A stretch of DNA of 64,000 nt. It comes from Takakia lepidozioides (taxonomy: Eukaryota; Plantae; Bryophyta). Position numbers and translations under genes: made by a program. Position 1 is the first letter of the stretch. Every line of letters starts with the position of its first letter. Where the stretch lies: the NCBI GenBank assembly GCA_030704615.1, contig CM060733.1, positions 23,250,001 through 23,314,000 on the forward strand, given 5' to 3'. Positions 1 to 11,083 of this stretch are shown piece by piece. The notes below the pieces were generated by a model that searched no databases, had not been told where the DNA came from, and worked only from the letters and a program-made list of their open reading frames with translations.

Positions 1-1433
1 AGACAGTTAATTAACCGTCTGCCATTAGAATTCAGCTCGTCCTCACCAAAAGGTCCAATGATATCGTCCTGATGGATCCCTTTGCCCACCCGGGCATTGA
101 AGTCCCCCAATAGTACCACCTGACCTTTGGCAAGGAACGAAGCACAGTCCAGCTTTACATCTTCGAAGGCCTTGTCTGCGTCAGCACTAAGGGTCCCCTC
201 TGTCCCCTCTGTGGGCATGTAAACACAACCAACAAAGAGGTCCTTTGTACTCATGCCGCCCTTCAAATTCAGTTTTAGCCAGATACTATGCTCGTACCTC
301 AAACCCTTGATGATAATTTCACAATTGTCAAACAAGAAATCACGGACAAAGAATCCGACCCCTTTTTGACCGCGTTTGGCAGAGGCTGCCTTGAGAGTAC
401 ACATCTTACCTGCCTATTTATAACCAATGACTCCAACCAGTTTATCCGACGTTTCCCATGTTTCTTGCCCAGCACAGATATGAATATCATTAGTCCGAAG
501 AACTTGTCCCACTTCAAGTTGTTTCCTTTGGTTGGTCAACCCTGAGAAGTTGAAAGTGGCGAGCCGCAAGCCAGCCCTTTGCGTGTGAATTGTTTGTCGT
601 CTAGGTAGCTTGTGATTGCTCTTGGACGGCCAACCGTTCTGCAAAGTGGGGACAGTTACCCCATGTGTAGATTTTGCTTGTCTTGTGTAAACTTTGAGAA
701 TTGGTAAACCATTCAGGGTACCAAATCTTTCAGTTACACGACGCACAAGCTCCGCACACATAGGGGCAGATTGTCCGTCAGACTGCTTGGGGACAATTAC
801 CCCGTGTATAGATTTTGCTCGTCTTGTGTAGACTTTGAGGATTGGTAAACCATTTAGAGTACCAAATCCTTCAGTTACACGACGTTCAGGCTCTGCACAC
901 TTAGGGACAGACTGTCCATCTGACGGCTTGGGGACAATTACCCCGTGTATAGAATTTGTTCGTCTTGTGTAAACCTTGAGGATTGGTAAGCCATTTAGAG
1001 TACCAAATCCTTCAGATTCAGGACGTTCAGGTTCCGTACACTTAGGGGCATCTTGTCTTTCTGGCTGTTTGGATTCAACCTCATCCAGAGCATCAAACCG
1101 ATTAGAAACTCTCAAGTTGAAGTTGTTGCCCTTGGTTGTCTTCCTAGAGCGCCCGTTTGAATCACCAATGTCTAAGACCGCTCTCCAGCCAGTCAAGGGA
1201 CGAACTTCTTTGAGATTGAATTGATGCGGGACTCTATTAGAAGCACTTTTGGTTATTGCAACCTTCAACGTACCCCTGTTATCCAGTCTCGAGATGGTAC
1301 CATTAGCCATGAAATCCAAGCCTAAGCTAGAGCATGTAGTTTTAAAGGACACATCGTCCATCCTGGGATTCACCCCAAAAACTACACATGAAGCCCTAGA
1401 TCATAAGTAACCAATTCCCAGGGATCACCCTGA
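1..1433 (-). mobile_element. Non-LTR retrotransposon (RTEX-like LINE), 5' part with N-terminal repeat region and APE endonuclease; runs off the left edge; inserted in a PPR gene
   Basis: ORF 414-1373 continues in frame past one TAG (414-416, probably a former Trp codon) to position 1. APE motifs: RLATFNFSGL, GQETW, GVGF, VGCVYMP, VVLLGDFNARVG, NSNG. The PPR reading frame breaks at LDMYA at ~1433. Confidence 0.88.
645..1060 (-). repeat. Three tandem 141-bp (47-aa) coding repeats inside the LINE ORF
   Basis: GTACCAAATC recurs at 718, 859 and 1000. Peptide unit GFGTLNGLPILKVYTRR..SIHGVIVPK.SDGQS.P.CAE..RRVTE. Confidence 0.95.
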
Positions 1434-3613
1434 GGCATACATGTCCAGGAGGGTATTGTTCAGAATGACATCTGGTACAATCCTAGCTTTGATGATGTCA
1501 CCATGGACCTTCCTACCCTTTTCCAGGGCTGCCAGGCCCGCACACGCATTGCAAACACAAACAAATGTGACCCGGTTGGGCTTCACACCTTCCTGCATCA
1601 TTTGCTCATAAGTCTCCAAAACCTCCATCCCACACCCATGCTGCACATATCCTGCAATCATCGAACTCCAGGACACTACATCTCGTTCAGCCATATTGTC
1701 AAACTCTCCCTTTGCACCTCTGATGTTGCTGCATTTGGCATACATGTCCAGGAGGGTATTGTTCAGAATCAGATCTGGTACGATTCCAGCTTTGATGATG
1801 TCTTCATGGACCTCTTTGCCTTTTTCCAGGGCTGACAGGCTCGCGCATGCATTGCAAATGCAAGTGAATGTGACCCGGTTGGGCTTCACCCCTTCCTGCA
1901 TCATTTGCTCATAGGTCTCCAAAGCCTCCAGCTCATATCCATGCTGGGCATATCCTGCAATCATTATATTCCAGGACACTACATCCCGTTCAGCCATATT
2001 CTCGAACACTCCCTTTGCATCTCCGATGCTGCCACATTTGGCATACATGTCCATGAGGGTAGTGTTCAGAATGACATCTGATACGATTCCAGCTTTGATC
2101 ATGTCTTCATGGACCTCTTTGCCTTTTTCCAGGGCTGCCAGGCTCGCGCATGCATTGCAAATGCAAGTGAATGTGGCCCGGTTGGGCTTCACCCCTCCCT
2201 GCATCATTTGCTCATAGGTCTCTCCAGCTCATATCCATGCTGGGCATATCCTGCAATCATTATATTCCAGGACACTACAGCTCGTTCAGTCATATTCTCG
2301 AACACTCCCTTTGCATCTCCGATGCTGCCACATTTGGCATACATGTCCACGAGGGCAGTGTTCAGAATGACATCTGGTACGAGTCTAGCTTTGATAATGT
2401 CTTCATGGACCTCTTTGCCCTTTTCCAGGGCTGCTAGGCTCGCGCATGCATTGCAGACACACACAAATGTGATCCGGTTGGGCTTCACTCCTTCCTGCAT
2501 CATTTGCTCATAGGTCTCCAAAGCCTCTATGCCACACCCATGCCGGGCATATCCTGCGATTATTGCATTCCAGGACACCACATCCTGTGCAGCATATTGT
2601 CGAACACTCCCTTTGCATCTTTGATGCTGCCGCAATTGGCATACATGTCCACGAGGGCAGTGTTCAGAATGACACCTGGTACAAGTCCAGCTTTGATGAT
2701 GTCACCATGGATCTCTTTGCCATTTTCCAGGGTTGCCAGGCTCACACATGCATTGCAGACGCAAATGAATGTGACCCGGTTGGGCTTCACCCTTTCCTGC
2801 ATCATTTGCTCATAGGTCTCCAAAGCCTCTATGCCACACCCATGCCTGGCATATCCTGCGATTATTGCATTCCAGGACACCACATCTTGTGCAGCCATAT
2901 TGTCGAACACCCCCTTTGCATCTTTGATGCTGCCGCATTTGTCATACATTCCCATGAGGGTTTTGTTCAGAATGACACCTGGTACAATTCCAGCTTTGAT
3001 GATGTCACCATGGATCTCTTTGCCATTTTCCAGGGCTGCCAGGCTTGCACATGCATTGCAAACGCAAACGAATGTGACCCGGTTGGGCGTCACCCCTCCT
3101 GCATCATTTGCTCATATGTCTCCAAGGCATTCTTACCACACCCATGCCTGGCATATCCTACCATCATTGTATTCCATGTGAACAAACCTCGTTCAGGCAT
3201 TTTGTTGAACACTTGGTGTGCAGCCATGATGCTCCCGCATTAAACATACATGTTCACAAGGGTGTTCTGTAGAAAAACATTTGGTTTGAATCCACTTTGG
3301 GTAATGTGAGAGTGCACCTGCTTTCCCATTTCCAGGCCTTTCATCTTGACGCACGCATGCAAGAGACAGACATAAGTATCTGTACCTGCTGAAATGCTTC
3401 CTTGGTTCAAAATTTGAAGAGCCTCTTTTAGTTTCCCTGCCTCACATAGTGTCCTCATATACCCGGAATTTCCAGAAGAGGTCCTGTGGCTCCCTCTCTT
3501 GGTCCTCTTTTGGAGGCTGTGGTCATTGTGAGAGTGCCTGATTTTATCAATTGTGCCCCTGCTGCTGCTTGCAGTTGACCATCTACTCATGCAGGTTTCT
3601 TGTAGCTATCAAT
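1434..3613 (-). pseudogene. PLS-class PPR (RNA-editing-factor type) pseudogene, copy 1, about 6 P-L-S triplets, C-terminus cut by the LINE
   Basis: Motifs VVSWNxMIAGYAQHG, VTFxCxCNACASLAALEKG and VILNxxLxDMYAKCGS. Triplet spacing 303, 303, 296, 302, 302 bp (three frameshifts). TAA at 3240-3242. Confidence 0.93.
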
Positions 3614-4107
3614 AAGACGGCCTCCCAAAACCAAGAAGACCCTCCCAAGTACCTTGTAAACACCAAGAAAAACCCTTGCGCAATGCAATTTCATGGCCTG
3701 TTTAGGAACAACAACCTATGATACAGACAGGGACAACCACTTTTGCAGAACAGAAAACCTTCTTCACATCATGTAAGAAGAAAGAGAGGTGTCCTAGGGG
3801 TAAACCCTCTAAACCTTGATATGTAGGTTGTCCCACCATTGTGAAGGATAAATATGCTCACCTTTTTCCCTGGGATTCTCACTGGAGAACGCTCTCCTGG
3901 ATGCACCGTTTGAAGAAATGCCCTCCGCACAGTCGAGCTCTGCCAAACCTATCTAAATCTATTCTAAATGCCAGGCCTTATCAACCTATGTAGCCATTGC
4001 GCTCGCGCTCTCTCTCTCTCCTTTGAACATCAAACAGAAGCAGGGAGGAAAAGGGTCAGTCTCGACGAAGTACCGTTCAAGAAGTTATTTTCGGATTTTT
4101 CGGGCAA

Positions 4108-4270
4108 TCCGGGCAGATAGAAAGAAATTGACGACGTACGAAACGTGGCGACGACACGTGGCGACGATGATGTGGCACTATGGCACCCTATTCCTGCTCT
4201 ACGCTAAACTAGCTCTCGACCTTCGGTCGTCGCTAGAATTTGTCAACATGAAGCACGCTCAAAGTACTTA
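4108..4270. repeat. Conserved non-coding block upstream of PPR copy 1 (second copy at 12131-12296): G-box/ABRE-like motifs plus a hairpin-CTAG
   Basis: 42-bp perfect match 4173-4214 = 12198-12239. GACACGTGGC in this copy. Minus-strand hairpin CGACC-GAA-GGTCG followed by CTAG|T. Confidence 0.85.
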
Positions 4271-4353
4271 GAGAACGGTGAGAACTCAACTGGGGCTTCA
4301 CGTTGCTCCACACTACTAGCGACGAATTCTGAGAACTACGTTCAATTTTTCAC

Positions 4354-4630
4354 AAAAAGGGGTGGGTCATCCCCATGGTGTTACATACATACATCCCATA
4401 TTTCATTGTTTTCCGGAAGAAGAACGGCGGAGTGTTGCCGAAGCTACAATATTATTTTTATTTTTCAAATGAAAGAGGGCCGAAATCCTGCTGGTCCTTC
4501 CTCTTCGGCATCCCCAGAGTTTGGAAGCATAAAAAGGGGTGGGTCATCCCCAAAGTGTTACATACATACATCATGTGTTTCTTTGTTTTTCAAAAAAATG
4601 GTGGATTGTTGCTGGGGCTACCACATCTTG
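4354..4630. repeat. Two ~100-bp direct repeats
   Basis: AAAAAGGGGTGGGTCATCCCC....GTGTTACATACATACATC at 4354 and 4531. The second copy merges into a PPR fragment. Confidence 0.8.
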
Positions 4631-4797
4631 TTTAGCCATTTTGTCAAACGCTGAGAATGCATCCTTCATACTCCCACATTTGGCATACATGTCAACTAGA
4701 GTTGTCTCCGGAATGATATCTGGGGCAATCCCAGCTTGGGTGATGTCAGCTTCGACCTCTTTGCCCTTTTCCAGGGCTACTTGGCTGGCACATGCAC
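4617..4797 (-). pseudogene. Isolated PPR L-S motif fragment
   Basis: ACASQVALEKGKEV...TTLVDMYAKCGSMKDAFSAFDKMAKQDVV. Confidence 0.85.
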
Positions 4798-5109
4798 GAG
4801 AATACAAATGAATGGGAGGTTTTGATATAACTGGCAGATTTGTTTTATGAGTGTTCTTTATATGATATTTGTAAATTTTAGGGGGTTGGCTACCTTGGAG
4901 TCAGTACACGATGAGAACTATTGATTACCTGTGTTGCTATTACAATAACAAAAGGTTTCAGGACGTTTAGGAGTCATTGCTTGGGCTTTGATGGAAGTAT
5001 TGTTGCAATGTTATCCAAGGCCATTCAAAGAAATTTGGATAAGTAGAGCAATTGTTCACACAGTCATCCGCGATACCTTCTAAAATTGCTTTAGAAACTA
5101 GGCGCGAGT

Positions 5110-5622
5110 GTGTGAAACCCTGCAAAGCCTTTATTTACAAACTGACATGAGGTATATGTGCAAAGTATGGAAAACTCCCGTAGCAAGGGAAGAGTTAACA
5201 TAAAGAAATGAAAAAGAAAGCATATCAAGCTAATCAAACTGAATGATCATCCCATCCAACTGCCTGAATGACATCAGACAAAGAAATGGGTATGACATCG
5301 GGAAGAGCAGAAAGATGAGACGAAGCCATGCCAGCTACAGTAGCCCGATGCAAGATGGACATAGCCTGTGCCCTCTGTACGGAAACCCGTTGTCTATAGA
5401 AAGCTACAAAGACAGAAGCATGGGGAATGCCATTGATCTTGTTCTTAGCAGCATGATGAGCACAAGTACAAAGAAAGTCGTCGAACTGACGATGAAAACA
5501 TCCAAAGATCTCCACAGCCAGTGGAAGGAGCGCATCTGTGGGATGATGGTCCTCATAGTCTCGTTGCTTGGTCTGTGCAGCAATCAAAGCGGCAGTGCCT
5601 TGGGAAGAGGCCGAGCGAGAAA
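5110..5622 (-). mobile_element. 3' fragment of a CRE/R2-type (restriction-like endonuclease) non-LTR retrotransposon
   Basis: AAQTKQRDY...LLPLAVEIFGCFH...FYRQRVSVQRAQAMSILHRA resembles the RLE C-terminus of CRE-clade elements. The stop is followed by a short 3' UTR with AATAAA. Confidence 0.68.
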
Positions 5623-6094
5623 GCAATGTGGGAGCATTGAGGATGCGGAGGGAGTGGGTTTGAGGAGAAGACCGTGCACGACTGAGATGTGAGAAGAGTC
5701 GTCACTTGAGTGTAGCCGACAGTGAAGCTCATATGAGAAGAGGAGTAAACACACTGCACAACACCCCCCATCACTCATTTGAAAAATAATACAAAGACAA
5801 ACACCTGCAGTCCTATTGGTCATGTACACCTTCATCCCGCACCCACAGAAGTAGCAACAGAGTTTTGGCAGCCTCAGTATGGTGCAGCCTTGCAGCCTCA
5901 ACCTAAAACACGAGTGACAGTACTTCAGGAACAACAGCCAGAAATAAGGCAACCTACTTTTGGAGCTCTCACAGATTTGCGCTAGGCTATACGAATTGCC
6001 ACAAGAGGCTGTTTGCATTGTGCCGTTGACCAAGTGTCCTTCATCCATCTACAAGCTTTGCACTGCATCACAAAGAAGTACCTTACATAAGCAG

Positions 6095-7380
6095 ACCTTC
6101 ATCCCGCGCCCCTGCTGTGCATACCCTGCAAGCATCACGTTCCACGACACCACATCTCGGTCACCCATAGTGTTGAAAACTCCCTTCACATCCTTAATGT
6201 ACCCACATTTTGCATCCATGTCCACCAGGGCAGTGTTCAGGATGACATCTGATACAGTTCCAGCTTTGATGATGTCACCATGGACCTCTTCCCCCTTTTC
6301 CAGAGCTCCTAGGCTTGCACACGCATTGCAAACAAAAACAAATGTGATGTGGTTGGGCTTCACCCCTTCGCATCCTTAATGCACCCAGCATCCATGTCCA
6401 CCAAGGCAGGGTTCAGGATGACATCTGGTACAATTCCAACTTTGACGATGTCACCATGGACCTCTTTCCCCTTTTCCAGAACTCCCAGGCTTGCACACGC
6501 ATTACAAACAAAAAAAAATGTGATGTGGTTGGGCTTCACCCCTTCGCACATCATTTGCTCATAGGTCTCCAAAGCCTCCATCCAGCACCCTTGCTGTGCA
6601 TATCCTGCAATCATCGCACTCCATGACACCACATCTCGTTCAACCAATACTGTCGAGCACTCCCTTTGGATCCTCAATGCACGCACATTTGACATACATT
6701 TCCATCAGGGCAGTGTTCATAATGACATCGGGTACAATTCCAGATTTGATCGCACCTCTTCACCATTTTCCAGAGCTGCCAGGCTTGCACGCGCATTGCA
6801 AATGCACAGAAACGTGATGTGGTCGGGCTTCACCCCTTCCCCCATCATTTGATCATGGTCTCCAAGGCCTCCATACCGCCCTTGCTGTACATACCCTGCA
6901 AGCATCGTGTTCCACGTGATCAAAGATGGTTGAGCCTTTCTGTTGAACACTTGGTGAGCATCCATATGATGCTCCTGCACTTAACATATATGTTGACAAG
7001 GGTGTTGAGTAGAAAAACATTTGGCGGGAATCCCACTTTGGATAATGTGAGTGTGCATCTGCTTTCCAGCTTCCAGACCTTCCATCTCGATGCACTTAAG
7101 CAAGAGACAGACATACGTTCTGAAATGCCTCCTTGGTTTAAAGTCTGTAGAGCCTTTGTCAGACTGCCTGCCGCACAAAGCATCTTCACATGCCCAAAAG
7201 TGCCAGAAGAGGGATTGTGGACTCCCTCTCTTGATCCTCTTTCAGAAGCTGTTGTCATGGTTGAGGTGCCTGATTTTAGCAAAGGTGCCGCTGCAGCTGC
7301 TGCCTTTAGGTGACCATCTACCCATGCAGGTTTCTTGTAGCTATTGATCCACAGGGAATCATAGGTAATCTGGAGCTTGA
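6095..7380 (-). pseudogene. PLS-class PPR pseudogene, copy 2 (N-terminal leader plus ~3 triplets, many frameshifts, no E/DYW)
   Basis: Fragmented ORFs 6920-7282, 6981-7178, 6717-6980, 6360-6695 and 6049-6363 carry the same leader (SGTSTMTTAS.RG) and PLS motifs. Confidence 0.9.
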
Positions 7381-7439
7381 AGTTCTAGGAAACACCCAAC
7401 TCAACTTATGAACAGGATGAAATGTGTTGAAGAAGGTGC

Positions 7440-7830
7440 CTTCATTATCTGACTCTGTGAAAATGCCTGCATGGTTCAAAAAAATTAGAGCCTCTTTCAG
7501 TGTGCCTCATATAGTGTCCTCACAAGTTTAGAAGCGCCAGAAGAAATCTTGAGAACTTCCTCCCAGGGTCCTCTTTTGGAAGTGGAGATCATTGTGGAGG
7601 TGCCTGATTTTATCAATTGTGCTGCCACTGCCCCTTCAAGATGACCATCTACCCTTGCAGATTTTTTGTAGCTGTCAATCCTCAGTGGCTCATATGCACT
7701 CTGGTGCTTGAAATCAGGACCTCTCGGATGGATCTGCACCCACGCTTCATCCCTGCTTCTTTCAGCAAACCCTGCCTAGGCAACAGTATGGCCTTGCTGC
7801 TAAGAGCTGACAATGATAACCTAAAATTTA
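7440..7830 (-). pseudogene. PPR N-terminal leader-only fragment
   Basis: IDSYKKSARVDGHLEGAVAAQLIKSGTSTM... is homologous to the leaders of copies 1-3. Confidence 0.8.
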
Positions 7831-8199
7831 TCTAGCAAACACCCCGACCATACTTACCACACACTAGTTCTGGTGCTGCAATTTGTGAGAAAGTTTTTTC
7901 AATCACCTATTATCCCATTGGCAGTAATATGTGCAAAAAATCCAAACCACCATAGATTCACCCAACGAGGTAACTTAAAAACACAAAGTGAAAAATTGGG
8001 AATGAATCTGATAAGAGGACAAAACAAGACTAAATGGTTGAAGAAGAAGGTGCCCGCACCAGTTGTCCTTGATCTTGTCTCATGAAAGCAGCTAGCTTTT
8101 CTTTCACCCAAGGAGGATTCAACCAACTCTCTATCCAAATGACCTCATGCGTGTGCTGCTTATGTCTATAGTCTGGTGATCTTGGATTGGTCTGTGAAA

Positions 8200-10190
8200 A
8201 CCAATGGCCAGCTTCTCACTGTGGTGGCAAAGAGAAAATTCATTTTCCTCCTCCCCCACATCATGCAATACAAAGCGCGTATCAGGCACATACCCTGCCT
8301 CCTTCATCTGCCCAGACAATCTTCTCAGCTCAGCATGGATTTCCTTAATTCTGGGATGCAACTTGTCATCTACGACAAACGTGTGCACTCTGTTGCCAAC
8401 CTCAATGCAGCAGCGACCTAGCTCCTTTCTAACCCCTCTGACCTTCAACATTCTTATCACCTTTGTAGTATCATCCCACCTGCCAGCTGCAACATAGATG
8501 TTTGATAACAACACATATTGCATCCTGTTCATCCCACTTGAGGATAGATGTTGCCGCACGTTCAGCCATCTCCACATTGCCATGGATTCTGTAGGCACCA
8601 AGCAAAGCCTTCCACACCACAACATCTTGATTGATTGGCATTTTATTAATCAGGTCCACTGCCTCATCTAGTTGTCCTGCACGTCCAATAAGGTCCACCA
8701 TGCAGCCAAAGTGCTTTACTGTCGGAGTGACACCGTGATCTTGACTCAGGGAATCGAAGTAGCGTCTTCCTTCATTGAGTAGGCCAGTGTGGATGCATGC
8801 AGAGAGAACACATATAAAGATGATATTGTCCGGCTTCAAGCCGTTCTTTTCCATTCCTTCAAATAGTTGCAGGACCTCCGTATGACAACCAGGCTGGGCA
8901 TATCCTGCGATCATCGCATTCCATGACACCACATTTTGTTCAGCCATATTGTCAAATACTCCATTTGTATCCTCAATGCACCCACATTTCGCATACATAT
9001 CCATCAGGGCAGTGTCCAGAATGACATGTGGTACAATTCCAGCTTTGATGATTGTCACCATGGATTTCTTTGCCATTTTCCAGGGTTGCCAGGCTTGCAC
9101 AAGCATTACAAACGCACACAAACGTGATGTGGTTGCACTTCACCCCTTCCCCCATCATTTGCTCATAGGTTTCCAAGGCCTCCGTCCTGCGCCCCTGCTG
9201 TGCAGATCCTGTAAGCATCGCATTCCACGACATCAAATCAAGTTCAGCCATATTTTTGAACACTCCCACCACATCCTCAATGCTCCCACATTTGGCATGT
9301 ATGTCCACAAGGGTATTGGTCAGAATCACATCTGGTACAATTCCAGCTTTGGTGATGCAACCATGCACCTCTTTACCCTTTTCCAGAGCTGCCAGGCTTG
9401 CAAATGCACAGAAACGTGATGTGGTCGGGCTTCACCCTTTCCCCCATCATTTGATCACAAGTCTCCAAAGCCTCCCTACCATGTCCCTGCTGTGGATATG
9501 ACACCACATCTTGTTCAGCCATAGTGTTGAAAACTCCCTTCGCATCCTTAATGCACCCGCGCTTGGTAAATCCTGCCAAAATTATATTCCACGTGATCAA
9601 AGATTGTTGAACACTTGGTGAGCATCCATGATGCTCCCGCACTTAACATACATGTTGACAAGGGTGTTGAGTAGAAAAACATTTGGCGTGAATCCACTTT
9701 GGATAATGTGAGTGTGCACCTACTTTCCAGCTTCAAGGCCTTTCATCTTGATGCACTTATGCAAGAGACAAACATACGTATCTGAATCTGCTTCAAAATG
9801 CTCTGAATCTGCTGAAATGCCTCCTTGGTTTAAAGTCTGTAGAGCCTCTTTCAGTCTTGCCTCACAAAGCACCTTCACATGCCCAGAAGTGCCAGAAGAG
9901 GCATTGTGGACTCCCTCTCTTGGTCCTCTTCCAGAGGCTGTGGTCATGGTTGAGGTGCCTGATTTTATCAACTGTGCCGCTGCCTTAGTTGACCATCTAC
10001 GCATGCAGGTTTCTTGTAGCTATTGATCAACAGGGAATCATACGTAATCTTAGTGCTTGAAATTTGGCCCTCTTGGATGAATCTGGACCCACACTCTATC
10101 CCTTCTCCTTCAGCTATCCATGCATCTGCACAAATCATGCATTCATCTTTTCCCTTGCTGCTAGCAGCTGACAATGACAACCTATGAAAC
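8200..10190 (-). pseudogene. PLS-PPR-E-DYW pseudogene, copy 3 (deaminase domain truncated after HSEKLA)
   Basis: Leader MFHRLSLSAASS. PLS motifs. E1/E2 region (HFGCMVDLIGRAGQL, VVWKALLG, YVLLSNIY). PG-box-like RKELGRCCIEVGNRVHTF and GYVPDTRFVLHDV...CHHSEKLAI. CxxC and the DYW tripeptide are absent; several frameshifts. Confidence 0.92.
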
Positions 10191-10239
10191 ACCCAATCAC
10201 ACTAGTTCCTATGCTAAATTGCGTCTGCTACTCTCTGTC

Positions 10240-10560
10240 ATCTAACAGAGATTCAACTTTTTGCCTCGGTTGTCCCACCATTGAGTAGGGTCAACAAAGT
10301 ATTCATTCCACACCTTCTCTCTGTTAACTGTTTTTGGATACTTTCCTGTTATCACATTGGCAGTATCATGTCAAAGTCACTCCAAACCAGATTCACTCAA
10401 CCAGCTAACTTGCAGAATTCAACATGGAAATTTAGGGCCGACTCTGACAAGAGGGAAAAACAGGGTGAAATGTGTTGAAGAAGGTGCCTTCATTAGCAAT
10501 GCCTTGTTCTACCATTTGTGCCGCTGCCGCTACTGTTTCCAGTTGACCATCTACCCAACA
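10240..10560 (-). repeat. Unidentified module that accompanies PPR leaders (other copies ~7870-8130 minus, ~18390-18720 plus, partial ~7410-7445)
   Basis: Shared strings such as GAAATGTGTTGAAGAAGGTGCC, TTGGATACTTTCCTGTT and CATTGGCAGTA. Confidence 0.7.
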
Positions 10561-10984
10561 ATATTTGACAGCCACAAAAGCTAATCCATCAATTGTATTC
10601 AACTTGAAAAGACACTAAACAACCTTACAACTTAGCACAGACAAGCAAGAACTGTATAGTGGGAAAATAGACTCATGATCTTGCAAGACCTTGTCCATGT
10701 ACAAATATTATAGAGAGTCTACTGCAGCCCCCTGTTCTGAGAGACATGCTCTGCTGCGTGAAATCAGGGACCATCACACAGCGGGATGGATCAACAAATA
10801 GGACAATTGCTTGTGCCTCACAAACAACATGCATTGAAATTCCAGTGTCAACCTGATATAGATGGACCTACAAAGACAATTTGCTGCTCGCTTCATTTGT
10901 TGCTGCAAAAAGCAGTCAAGACGACAAGAGATTTTGGTACAACCAGAAAACAATCTCAACAAGTCAATTGTGGTCATAAGATAC

Positions 10985-11083
10985 ATTTTTCTAGTCTCTG
11001 CCATATTTCCGAAATGCTTAATAGAAGAGCTCCAGGTCCTCTTTGTTCCAGGGAGGTCCAAGCATGTCCGACAATTTGTGCTT
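10985..11083 (-). pseudogene. ALY: Isolated decayed exon of ALWAYS EARLY / LIN-9 (N-terminal SANT-like region)
   Basis: cag|[31 protein letters not shown]|gt versus the plant ALY consensus [33 protein letters not shown]. Two stops. A possible next exon remnant lies at ~10690-10755. Confidence 0.82.

Noticed and set aside
5690-6060. Gln/Pro-rich ORF 5779-5985 as a gene
   Set aside because: No recognisable domain, start or splice context.
8200-8460. U-to-C editing DYW:KP factor
   Set aside because: The motifs look like the canonical PG type and the diagnostic C-terminus is missing.
1503-9501. Many plus-strand ORFs over the PPR region
   Set aside because: They are antisense shadows of the repetitive PPR frames and carry no independent protein signal.
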